DNA of 21,635 nt from a virus: positions 1 to 21,635 of the IMG/VR virus record IMGVR_UViG_3300010367_000378, one strand, 5' to 3'. The notes beneath the pieces are model-generated. The model did not search any database. It was not told where the DNA came from and worked only from the letters and a program-made list of their open reading frames with translations. The translations under genes were made by a program, and so were the position numbers. Shown here in pieces: positions 1 to 7,498 of this stretch (position 1 is the stretch's first letter; each line of letters opens with the position of its first letter).

Positions 1-316
1 GTCGACCGTAGGCTGATCGAGGATGGTGATCCTGCCGCCCTCGAAGGCCTGGCCCTCTACCAACTGGTAGCCGTAGGGCCGGCGGATCACCTCGCCAGGC
101 TGGCCGATCTCCGAGTCGTACCGCTTGCGGCCGTAGCCGGGCGGAGAGGTAGGAGATCCACTTTCCCGCGTAGAAGGTCTTGCAGAGCTCGACCGGGTAG
201 ACGCCGGGCTCGACCCGGATGCTGTAGTACTGAGCGGCCGACTCATGCTGGCGCTCGAGGGTCATCGGCTGGTCGACGGTGATGGTGGCGATCGTCTTCG
301 GGGTGGGGGTGGTCAT
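1..316 (-). CDS. Hypothetical phage protein, 3' end outside window; apparent +1 frameshift near 139-141
   Basis: ATG at 316 follows SD GAAAGGA and reads MTTPTPKTIATITVDQPMTLERQHESAAQYYSIRVEPGVYPVELCK. After about 140 the frame with GC-rich third positions switches to GYGRKRYDSEIGQPGEVIRRPYGYQLVEGQAFEGGRITILDQPTVD. Confidence 0.75.
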   Translation of the reverse strand, partial: MTTPTPKTIATITVDQPMTLERQHESAAQYYSIRVEPGVYPVELCKTFYAGKWISYLSARLRPQAVRLGDRPAWRGDPPALRLPVGRGPGLRGRQDHHPRSAYGR

Positions 317-368
317 CGTGGTCTGTCCTTTCGTTGCGTTGGGGCCGTAGCCCCCGTTCGATAGACAT

Positions 369-397
369 ACTCTATACGAACGTATAGACAGAGTCAA
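369..397 (-). promoter_or_regulatory. Sigma70-type promoter TTGACT-N17-TAGAGT overlapped by palindromic operator TCTATACG-AA-CGTATAGA (371-388)
   Basis: -35 at 397-392 and -10 at 374-369 with a 17-nt spacer. AT-rich island with an 8-2-8 inverted repeat, upstream of the ATG at 316. Confidence 0.75.
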
Positions 398-472
398 GCG
401 GGGGAGGGCCAAAAACATCGGCTTCTCCCCGCTTCCTCTCCTGCCGTTTCAGGGGTTCCCCTGAATTGACTT

Positions 473-1249
473 TCAGGCCAGGCCGGCTGCCCGCAGGATC
501 TCCGTCTCCTGCTCGGAGGTCAGGGCTGCGGGGGTGCAGTAGTCCGGCGCCGGGGTGCCGCCGTCGATGGCCCGCTGCCAGCGCTGTCCCCACTTGAGGT
601 ACAGCTCGACCTTGCGCTCTTCGGTCGTGGCGCCGAGCGCCTGCAGCGCGGAGGTGGCCTGCGTCACCGTGGCTCCCTTCATGCCCAGGAACCGGAGGAC
701 CGCCGGCACCGGGTGGCCGAAGAGCGCGCCGCGCTTCCCGCTCTTCTGGCCGGCGGGGAGCCGGTAGCCGAGGCCGGTCAGGATCTCGACCGCCGCCTCC
801 GGCATCTTGCGGATCAGGACCTCCAACTCGGCGCGGCGATCGGAAACCGGAGCCTCGGCGAGTTGCGGGGCCGACGCGGGCTCAGGGGCAGGCTCGGCCG
901 TCGCCAGGGGCTCGACCGGCGTGCCGTCGGCGAAGATCCAGGCCTCCTGGCCCCGATCGTTCACCACCTCGTAGGTGGCCTCGCCGTTCCGTGGGCCACC
1001 GAGCATGTTGCCACAGCGCCCGGTCTGCATGCGGTAGTAGATCTCGCCGCCGATCTCGACCTGGGCAGGAACCGCCACTTCGGCTGGTTGGGCAGCCTCA
1101 GCCGCCGCGGCAGCCGCCGCCTCCTTCGCCCGGCGCCGCTTCTCAAGCTTCGGCATCGGATAGGGAGCCGCAGGGGCGGCAGGCTTCTTGGTGCGGCCGG
1201 TGGTGGAGGGGGAGGAGGCGGGCTTCTTGGCGGTGCTCTTCGTAGCCAT
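473..1249 (-). CDS. Hypothetical protein (258 aa) with Lys/Ala/Pro-rich N-terminus
   Basis: ATG at 1249 follows SD GAAAGGA and reads MATKSTAKKPASS. The longer ORF-track start at 1330 lies inside the promoter. Confidence 0.8.
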   Translation of the reverse strand: MATKSTAKKPASSPSTTGRTKKPAAPAAPYPMPKLEKRRRAKEAAAAAAAEAAQPAEVAVPAQVEIGGEIYYRMQTGRCGNMLGGPRNGEATYEVVNDRGQEAWIFADGTPVEPLATAEPAPEPASAPQLAEAPVSDRRAELEVLIRKMPEAAVEILTGLGYRLPAGQKSGKRGALFGHPVPAVLRFLGMKGATVTQATSALQALGATTEERKVELYLKWGQRWQRAIDGGTPAPDYCTPAALTSEQETEILRAAGLA

Positions 1250-1302
1250 CGGGGTCGTCCTTTCTTGCCTTGGGGGCCAGCAGGCCTCCGGTTGTGAGGA
1301 CG

Positions 1303-1330
1303 ACACTATACGAACGTATCTAGAAATCAA
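1303..1330 (-). promoter_or_regulatory. Sigma70-type promoter TTGATT-N16-TAGTGT containing a second copy of the operator core (ctatacgaacgtat, 1306-1319)
   Basis: AT-rich island; 14 bp identical to 372-385; upstream of the ATG at 1249. Confidence 0.65.
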
Positions 1331-2694
1331 CCCCCAGCAGCAAGAGCAGGCGTTTCGTCTTCCCAGGGGCCCGGCTCCCCGGGGTGGGTGAGCTCAAACC
1401 AGCGCCGGCGGATGACGTCGGCATAGCGGGGGTCCTTCTCGATGACGAGGGCGGTGCGCGAGGTCTGTTCGCAGGCAAGCACCAGCGTCCCGGACCCGCC
1501 GAAGAGATCGACCGCCACCTCCTCCGGCCGGGTGGAATTCTCGAGGAGGTCCCGGAAGAGCGCCACCGGCTTCATGGTGGGATGGTCCCGGTTGGCCGCC
1601 GGCGCGGGGTGCTCGAGGACAGTCCGCTTGTCCCGCCCCCCATACCAGCGGTGGGCGGCCCCCTTCTTCCAGCCGTAGAAGCAGGGCTCGTGGGCCCAGT
1701 GGTAATCGCTGCGGCCCAAGACGAACCGGTGCTTCACCCAGATGAGCTGCTGGGCCCGGTACCAGTCGACGGCCTCGAACGCCGCCTGCACCTCGCGCGC
1801 CTTCATGCTGGCGTGCCAGATGTAGATGGGGGTTCCCGGGGAGAGGAAGGGGTCGATCGAGACGAAGCACTCGCGAAGGAAGGCGATGTATTCCTCCGGC
1901 GTCATGTCGTCGTTTTCGATCGTCATCTCTTCCTCGGTCCGCCCGTGGTAGGCCACGTTGTAGGGCGGGTCGGTGAGGAGGAGGGCGACGTCGTGGCCGG
2001 CGAGCAACCGGAGCATGGCCTCGGTGTCCCGGCAGTCGCCGACCAGGAGCCGGTGGCGGCCGAGCTGGTAGATCATCCCGGGCTCGCTCTTAGGCACCTC
2101 CGGGGGCTCGGGGATCTCGACCTCGTCCGGATCGGGTCCGGCCCAGCCGCGGGCCTCGTGAATGGCGCGCTCCATCTCCGCCGCGGCCTCGTCGAAGGCT
2201 TGGAGATCCTGCTGGGGGAAGCCCCAGGCGATCAGCTCCTCTCGGGTGTAGCCGCCCTCGGCCATGAGCCGGTGGTCGAACTGGCCGTGGTTGGCGTTGA
2301 GCCGAGCATTGAGCTCCCGTTCCCGCTCGAGCGTGAGAAAGACGCACTTGCCGGGGAGCCGGCGCTGCCCTTTGGCCTTTGCCAGGCGCAGCCGCTTGTG
2401 GCCACCGACGACCACGCCGTGGCGATCGGGGTGGGTATTCACCACCAGGTCCTCGACCAGGCCGAACTCGGAGAGGCTGGTGTCGAGCTGGCCGAGCTGC
2501 TCGTCGGTCATGAAGTGGGGGTTGTAGTCGGCCTCCCGGAGCTCGGAGACCTCCCACATCCGGGTGGGCGGAATGTAGAGCGGGCCCGCCGTCTCGTCCA
2601 CGGCAGCGCGATCTTCCGGCAGGGATTGAGCTTCCAGGTGGACCAGATCGGGTGCGCTTGCGCCCGGGTCGTCCACGACTTCGGGGTCGGCCAT
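1327..2694 (-). CDS. ParB/Srx-like N-terminal domain fused to N6-adenine/N4-cytosine DNA methyltransferase (beta class)
   Basis: N-terminus has YNPH...SLSEFGLVEDLVVN...VVGGHKRL. Catalytic TDPPY precedes HPTMKP and the SAM-binding DLFGGSGT (beta order). SD GAAGGAG. This fusion is common in phages. Confidence 0.92.
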   Translation of the reverse strand: MADPEVVDDPGASAPDLVHLEAQSLPEDRAAVDETAGPLYIPPTRMWEVSELREADYNPHFMTDEQLGQLDTSLSEFGLVEDLVVNTHPDRHGVVVGGHKRLRLAKAKGQRRLPGKCVFLTLERERELNARLNANHGQFDHRLMAEGGYTREELIAWGFPQQDLQAFDEAAAEMERAIHEARGWAGPDPDEVEIPEPPEVPKSEPGMIYQLGRHRLLVGDCRDTEAMLRLLAGHDVALLLTDPPYNVAYHGRTEEEMTIENDDMTPEEYIAFLRECFVSIDPFLSPGTPIYIWHASMKAREVQAAFEAVDWYRAQQLIWVKHRFVLGRSDYHWAHEPCFYGWKKGAAHRWYGGRDKRTVLEHPAPAANRDHPTMKPVALFRDLLENSTRPEEVAVDLFGGSGTLVLACEQTSRTALVIEKDPRYADVIRRRWFELTHPGEPGPWEDETPALAAGG

Positions 2695-2734
2695 CGTCGC
2701 TCCTTCAAAGGGGGTGCTGCCGGAGGTGATGGTA

Positions 2735-3106
2735 CTACTCGTCCGGCGGCTTCGCGTAGATCCGCAGGGGCCAGTCGGTCACGATCTCATCCGACCAGGT
2801 GCAGGTGGCGTCGCCCGCCGGGCAGGAGCACGAGACCCGATAGACGTAGAGCGTGGGGCCCTTGTCCTGGAGAACCCGCGTCGGCGGGCCCGCCCAGTGG
2901 ACGTGCCGGTGGCAGCGGTCGCAGATCGGCGACCAGGTGGTGAACATGAGATCGGCGGGCTCAACGTACCAGCACCACCGCTTCCCGTCGCGGGTTTTTT
3001 CCAGCGCCGGCTCGATCGCGAAGATCCGTTGGCGGGTGTCGCCGGTGAGGCGGTGGCGATCACCGGCTTCGGCCCCGGTGCGGCCAGCGGCCTCGTCCGA
3101 CTGCAT
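2735..3106 (-). CDS. Hypothetical Cys-rich protein (123 aa), possible Zn-binding
   Basis: CDRC...CSCP...C motifs; TGATG overlap with the upstream gene. Confidence 0.7.
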   Translation of the reverse strand: MQSDEAAGRTGAEAGDRHRLTGDTRQRIFAIEPALEKTRDGKRWCWYVEPADLMFTTWSPICDRCHRHVHWAGPPTRVLQDKGPTLYVYRVSCSCPAGDATCTWSDEIVTDWPLRIYAKPPDE

Positions 3107-3366
3107 CAGCCGCCATCTTCCAGGCGGCGAACAGCGTCCAGGAGGTCACCCTCGAAGGCCTCCCGGTCGAGTTGCTCGAGGTAGCGCTCGAGCACCCCCT
3201 CCAGGGCGATCTTGCAGTCCCGCGGGCCGGCCATCTTGCGGCCGAGCTCCAGGCGGGCGGCGAGAGCGCGGCGCTGGCCCTCGGTGACGCGCAACTTGAG
3301 GACGAGGTGGAGAGCGCCGGCGGGGACCGGCACCAGGTCAGCGGGATCTCCGTGGCTGCGGCTCAT
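3106..3366 (-). CDS. Hypothetical protein (86 aa), possible small DNA-binding protein
   Basis: ATG at 3366 (MSRSHGDPADLVP). A beta-strand-like LVLKLRVT followed by helices is loosely RHH-like. Confidence 0.7.
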   Translation of the reverse strand: MSRSHGDPADLVPVPAGALHLVLKLRVTEGQRRALAARLELGRKMAGPRDCKIALEGVLERYLEQLDREAFEGDLLDAVRRLEDGG

Positions 3367-3404
3367 AAATGCGCCAAATTGCGCCGAATTGTGCAGGATT
3401 GCGC
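3365..3404. repeat. Four imperfect 10-bp direct repeats
   Basis: ataaatgcgc / caaattgcgc / cgaattgtgc / aggattgcgc, abutting the start codon at 3366. Confidence 0.8.
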
Positions 3405-3505
3405 GTGATGGGGCTCGTCGTCGAGGACGTTGCCGTCGGCGCAAGGAGGGCGACCGCGGCCGGTGACGTCCGGCTCCTGCATGGTGACGTTGTTACTGCT
3501 ACAGG

Positions 3506-3550
3506 AAAAAGAGTAGCACGGCGGGCCGGCCGCAAGACCGGCCCGCGGTG
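3506..3550 (-). terminator. Probable intrinsic terminator
   Basis: Minus-strand hairpin CACCGCGGGCCGGTC-TTGC-GGCCGGCCCGCCGTG followed by CTACTCTTTTT, starting 15 nt after the stop at 3566. The U-run is slightly offset from the stem. Confidence 0.6.
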
Positions 3551-3565
3551 GAGGAGGGGGAGCTT

Positions 3566-4054
3566 CTACTCGCCGTTGGCGCCGGCGGGGGCGGCCTGCG
3601 AGGCGTCCTGCGGGTCGGACGGGGAGGTCTGCTCGCCGCCGGTGGAAGGGGTGGAGGGAACGGTCTGCGGCTTGTTCGCGTCCATCGCGGCCTGGAGAGC
3701 CTGCTGCGCGGCGGCCATCTTCGCCTGGCCGGCGTCCATATCGTCGGCAACGGCGGAGAGCGGGGAGAGGTCGATCCCGGGGTTGTTGGCGAGCGCTTCG
3801 GCGACGGCGGCCTTGATCTTGTCGGGCCAGGTGCCGAAGTCCTGGACCGCCTCCTGGACGGTGCCGAGCAGCCCGTCGAGCTTCTGGTGGGTCTCCTGGT
3901 CTTCCTGGACGATCCGGTCGAGCGTTTCCTGCGCGGTGGCCATGATTGACTCCTCCTTCTGCTGGTTGGATAGAGCCCGGTCGAGCTTCGATTCGATCCG
4001 GCTGAGGATGGGGAATAGAGCTCCGAGGATACGGATCAGCAGGTCGCGGAACAT
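3566..4054 (-). CDS. Hypothetical helical/coiled-coil protein (162 aa) with a second in-frame start at 3943
   Basis: ATG 4054 with SD AAGGAGG (MFRDLLIRILGALFPILSRIESKLD). ATG 3943 also has SD AAGGAGG (MATAQETLDRIV). Confidence 0.8.
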   Translation of the reverse strand: MFRDLLIRILGALFPILSRIESKLDRALSNQQKEESIMATAQETLDRIVQEDQETHQKLDGLLGTVQEAVQDFGTWPDKIKAAVAEALANNPGIDLSPLSAVADDMDAGQAKMAAAQQALQAAMDANKPQTVPSTPSTGGEQTSPSDPQDASQAAPAGANGE

Positions 4055-4143
4055 CGCTTCTCCTCCTTCCAGGGGACGGGTTCGGGGCCGACGGGGCGGG
4101 ACCGGGGAAGCGTAGCAGGGCCAGGGCAGGAGGGGGAAGGCCC

Positions 4144-5052
4144 CTATGGGGTCGAGACCCACGATGACAGCGCCGCCGCCCCCGCGGCGCGGAGACGATC
4201 GATCCGCTCCGGCCGGGCCCGGAAGTCGAGGGCGCTCTCATCGCCGACGTCGATCCGGATGATGCGCTGCCAGAGCTCCTTCGGGACGAAGGCCTGGTTG
4301 GCGACCGCCCGCAACATCGTGGCGTTGGCCACCAGGATCTCCGGCAGCCGCGGACGTAGCGGGCGAACCGCGACGTCTCCGCCGGCGTCTTCGATCTCCC
4401 GGTGGGAGTCCAGGCGCACGCCGAGGACCTGGTCGCAGGGCAGGCCGGAGAAGATCGAGAGCGGGTGGTTCATGGCCACGCCGCCGTCGCAATGCCACCA
4501 GCCGTCGACCTGGACAGGGGGCCAGAACAACGGCACGGCCATGCTCGCGAGCACCGCATCCGCCACCGGCACCTCGGGCGTGTCCTCGGTGGAGAAGACG
4601 TGGGGCTGAGCGTCGGCCGCGGCGCCGCGGCGCAGGTAGCGGGTGGCGGCGACGTAGAGGTGGTGGCCGGTCCGGCGGTGCAGCCCGTGGAAGGTCAGGT
4701 CCTCGGGGAATCCCGCCTCGAGGAGACGCTCGACGATCCAACGCCGGGCGAAGTCGATCGAGTGCCAGCCGCCGCTGAATGCGAGGCGCAAGACCGCCGG
4801 CGGGTGGTAGGCGGCGAACTCCGCCCAGGGGGTGGCCTCCTGGATCTGGCGCACGTGCGCCGCCGGCGCGCCGATCGCCCGCAGCATCGCGGTGATCGCC
4901 CCGGCCGAGGCGCCGGCGTGGTGGATGACGGGGAGCTCCCACTCCTCCAGCGCTTCGATGATGGGCCCATAGGCTTGGCCGAGGAACCCACCGCCCTCCC
5001 AGGCCTCGGCAGTGACCTGGGCCAGCTTCTCAGGGACGGAGGATTGCAGCAT
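4144..5052 (-). CDS. Patatin-like phospholipase (302 aa)
   Basis: Oxyanion loop EGGGFLG, nucleophile elbow GASAG, ASMAVPLFWPP and catalytic DGG all occur in canonical order. Confidence 0.93.
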   Translation of the reverse strand: MLQSSVPEKLAQVTAEAWEGGGFLGQAYGPIIEALEEWELPVIHHAGASAGAITAMLRAIGAPAAHVRQIQEATPWAEFAAYHPPAVLRLAFSGGWHSIDFARRWIVERLLEAGFPEDLTFHGLHRRTGHHLYVAATRYLRRGAAADAQPHVFSTEDTPEVPVADAVLASMAVPLFWPPVQVDGWWHCDGGVAMNHPLSIFSGLPCDQVLGVRLDSHREIEDAGGDVAVRPLRPRLPEILVANATMLRAVANQAFVPKELWQRIIRIDVGDESALDFRARPERIDRLRAAGAAALSSWVSTP

Positions 5053-5251
5053 GACCGGCCTCTCGGTGAATCGACTCGACGACGCGCCCCGAGGTGAAGG
5101 CGTCGACCACGCCGCCGCGGTGCACCACCACGATGGAGACGGCGAGGAGCTGGCCGCTGCGCATGGCGCCGAGCAGGGCGACCAGCTTCTCCTCGAGAAC
5201 CGGGTCGACCGGGAGGGGAGTGCCCAGCTCCATGTCGATGTGCGCCGTCAT
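5030..5251 (-). CDS. Hypothetical protein (73 aa)
   Basis: Clean ORF overlapping the patatin start; resembles the C-terminal half of 6015-6497. Confidence 0.7.
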   Translation of the reverse strand: MTAHIDMELGTPLPVDPVLEEKLVALLGAMRSGQLLAVSIVVVHRGGVVDAFTSGRVVESIHREAGHAAILRP

Positions 5252-5272
5252 GGTGGTCCCCTGCAGCAGGGA

Positions 5273-5725
5273 TCAGGGGGCGAAGCGGATACGGCAGGGA
5301 GATTGATCGCCGCAGAGGTGCAGCACCACCTCCACCGCGTTGAGTACCGGGGAGGTGCGCTCCCGGAGGCGCTGCGCTGTGCCCGTGGCGCAGGCCAGGA
5401 CGCAGGCGCAGAGGTTGACACCGCAGAAGCGGGCGATCAGGCCCTCCTGAATGAGATCGGCCCCCAACAGCCAGGCGTAGATCTCGCCGTCGCCGGCGTC
5501 CCGATTCTTCCAGATGATCGAGGTGTCGGCCGGCAGCTTGGCCGAGATCTCGCCGCTGCCGTCGTAGCAGACCGCCAGCACCCGGCCGCCGCGCGCCACC
5601 ACCGCGGCGGCCTCCTCTTCGATGCTGGAGATCAAGGCGGGGTCGAGCGCGGCCGAGTAGGCGACCTGCATGTCGACCACGACCAGGACCTCCAGCACCA
5701 GCGTGGAGACCGCCGGCGTTTTCAA
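5273..5725 (-). CDS. Isochorismatase-like cysteine hydrolase (about 150 aa)
   Basis: VLVVVDMQ (Asp), IIWK (Lys) and CGVNLCACV (Cys) fit the Asp-Lys-Cys triad layout. TTG start at 5725 overlaps the upstream TGA and has GAGG upstream; the start is uncertain. Confidence 0.72.
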   Translation of the reverse strand: MKTPAVSTLVLEVLVVVDMQVAYSAALDPALISSIEEEAAAVVARGGRVLAVCYDGSGEISAKLPADTSIIWKNRDAGDGEIYAWLLGADLIQEGLIARFCGVNLCACVLACATGTAQRLRERTSPVLNAVEVVLHLCGDQSPCRIRFAP

Positions 5726-6009
5726 CGCGAGGTCCTCACCGGCACGGGCGAGCCGTCCTCGTCCACCTCCTCGAAGGCCTCGGGGTTGCTGAGGACGTCG
5801 TCGAGATCCGCGAGGAGATAGAGGACCTGGTCCTCGGAGATCGGAACCTGGAGCTCCACCGTCGGGCCGAAGAACCGGATGGAGGAGGTGCCACGCTCCT
5901 CGAGGATGACGTCGCCGTTGGCGGCGAGCGGCACCTTCAAGCGAAAGCGCCGCGGGGCGCCGCGGCGGCGAGCATCCTTCTGGAACGTGGAGACGATGCG
6001 GTCGGACAC
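5722..6009 (-). CDS. Hypothetical protein (95 aa), paralog of the N-terminal domain of 6015-6497
   Basis: GTG at 6009 follows GAGGAG; contains RRFRLK...GDV...VEL...DL..VL..PE.FEE. Confidence 0.75.
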   Translation of the reverse strand: MSDRIVSTFQKDARRRGAPRRFRLKVPLAANGDVILEERGTSSIRFFGPTVELQVPISEDQVLYLLADLDDVLSNPEAFEEVDEDGSPVPVRTSR

Positions 6010-6014
6010 GGCTT

Positions 6015-6497
6015 CTACTCCTCGGGCCCCTCGCCCGTGCGCAGCCCCTGGATGTGGCGGAGCTTGATGTCGGTCTTGAGCGCGTCGAGCGCGCCGACGG
6101 TGGCGTAGACGCCGCGGTCGACGCCTGTATGGCACTCGGTGACGCAACCGCGGAGGCCGAGACCGACCGCAGCGAGGTTGCGCAGCTTGCCCAGGCGGGC
6201 ATCCGCCAGGAGCCGCTGGCACATAGCGACGACGTCGGGGAAGACCTTGCCCGCGGGCTTGGGCTCGGCGGCGCCGGCGGGGATCTCCTCGAACCACTCC
6301 GGCAGGGCGAGCACGGTCTCCAGATCGATCACCATGCTGGCGGCGTAGTCGCGCGATCCGAAGTCCAGGGTGAGCTCGACGACGGGGCTCCCGAAGGTCC
6401 GCGCCGACAGGCTGGAGGCGGTGAAGACGTCGCCGGCGAGGATCAGATCCTTCTTCAACCGGAACCGGCGAAGCGGCTGCTTTTTCTTGCTTCCCAT
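6015..6497 (-). CDS. Hypothetical two-domain protein (160 aa)
   Basis: Clean ORF with ATG 6 nt after the upstream stop and GC-rich third positions. Confidence 0.8.
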   Translation of the reverse strand: MGSKKKQPLRRFRLKKDLILAGDVFTASSLSARTFGSPVVELTLDFGSRDYAASMVIDLETVLALPEWFEEIPAGAAEPKPAGKVFPDVVAMCQRLLADARLGKLRNLAAVGLGLRGCVTECHTGVDRGVYATVGALDALKTDIKLRHIQGLRTGEGPEE

Positions 6498-6503
6498 GGT
6501 GGT

Positions 6504-7457
6504 CTACTCCGCGTCTCGGGAATCGCGCCGGCGGACCGGCTTCTCGGTGGTGGTGGTCGTCGCCGGCTGCACGCTGGCGGTCTGCTCGGGTGCGGGGGAG
6601 ACGATGGCGCCGGTCGCGGGAACCGGCTCGCCGGAGTCGATGACCTGGGCGGTGGCGCCCTCGGGGGCCGGAGCCAGCTTGGCCACCACGCCGTCGAGGC
6701 TCATGCGGCCGGTCGGAGTTCCCTCGGGGGTGGCCTCGTCGACCACGACGTTGGCCGCCGGGGCCACGGTGGTGGCTGCCAGGACCGGAGTGGCCACCAC
6801 CTCGGGCAGGCCCTCCACCTCGAGGTGGAAGGTGACGGTGCAGGTGGGGGTCTCCACCTTGAACTCCCCGGCGCGGGCCCGGAAGTCGTCGGCGCCGATG
6901 ATCCGGATCTCGAAGTGGGCGAGGGTGTCGTCGCCGTTCGCCTTGAGCAGATTGAGGATGACGCCGGTCGCCTCTTCGAGGAGAGCGCCGGCCACGCCCG
7001 TGGCCTGGGAGATCCCGCTGACCAGCGCCTGGCCGAGGCCGGTGGCGTCCACCGCGTGGCGGGCCTCATCGAGCCGCTGGCCCGCCTTGCGCTCCCCCTG
7101 GTCGCTCTCCATCACCACGCCACGGCAGAAGAGCCAGGGGCCGGGGTCCCCCTCGAACAGCACGAGGTCCAGGACCAGCGGGTTACCGCGGCGGATGCCG
7201 GCGGCCGGCTCTGTGAGGATCGTGGTTGCGCCCTCGATCTGGGCGGTTTCGCCCTGCAGGGCGGGCGGATTTGGGGCGGTTTCGCCCTCGGCCGCGCCAG
7301 GCACAGCGGGGGTCTCCGGTTTGGGATAGGCGGGGACCAGCGACAGGGGAATCGAACCGCCGGTCTTGCCGGTCAGCGCGATCGTGGAGATGTAGGGCTC
7401 CCGGCTCACCAGAGCGCGAGGGAGCTCTACGCCGACGAGGCGGAGCTTCGCTTTCAT
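6504..7457 (-). CDS. Hypothetical protein (317 aa) with Gly/Ala-rich helical segment and low-complexity tail
   Basis: Strong SD TAAGGAG before the ATG at 7457; AT-rich leader. Confidence 0.85.
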   Translation of the reverse strand: MKAKLRLVGVELPRALVSREPYISTIALTGKTGGSIPLSLVPAYPKPETPAVPGAAEGETAPNPPALQGETAQIEGATTILTEPAAGIRRGNPLVLDLVLFEGDPGPWLFCRGVVMESDQGERKAGQRLDEARHAVDATGLGQALVSGISQATGVAGALLEEATGVILNLLKANGDDTLAHFEIRIIGADDFRARAGEFKVETPTCTVTFHLEVEGLPEVVATPVLAATTVAPAANVVVDEATPEGTPTGRMSLDGVVAKLAPAPEGATAQVIDSGEPVPATGAIVSPAPEQTASVQPATTTTTEKPVRRRDSRDAE

Positions 7458-7498
7458 GAGATCTCCTTAAGAGTCTTCTACAGCTTACTTATGAGGAG

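Noticed and set aside
352-385. Resemblance to loxP (ttcgatagacatactctatacgaacgtat; 20 of 29 ungapped matches by my count)
   Set aside because: The left arm is degenerate, no tyrosine recombinase is in the window, and the sequence is explained by the promoter/operator repeated at 1306-1319.
1327-2694. Restriction-modification or ParABS partition system
   Set aside because: No adjacent endonuclease or ParA; the ParB-like/methylase fusion is a routine orphan phage gene.
3365-3404. Possible CRISPR or mini-array
   Set aside because: Units are 10 bp and contiguous, with no spacers and no cas genes.
4144-5052. Patatin as the CapV effector of a CBASS system
   Set aside because: No CD-NTase, E1/E2, JAB or HORMA gene is recognisable nearby.
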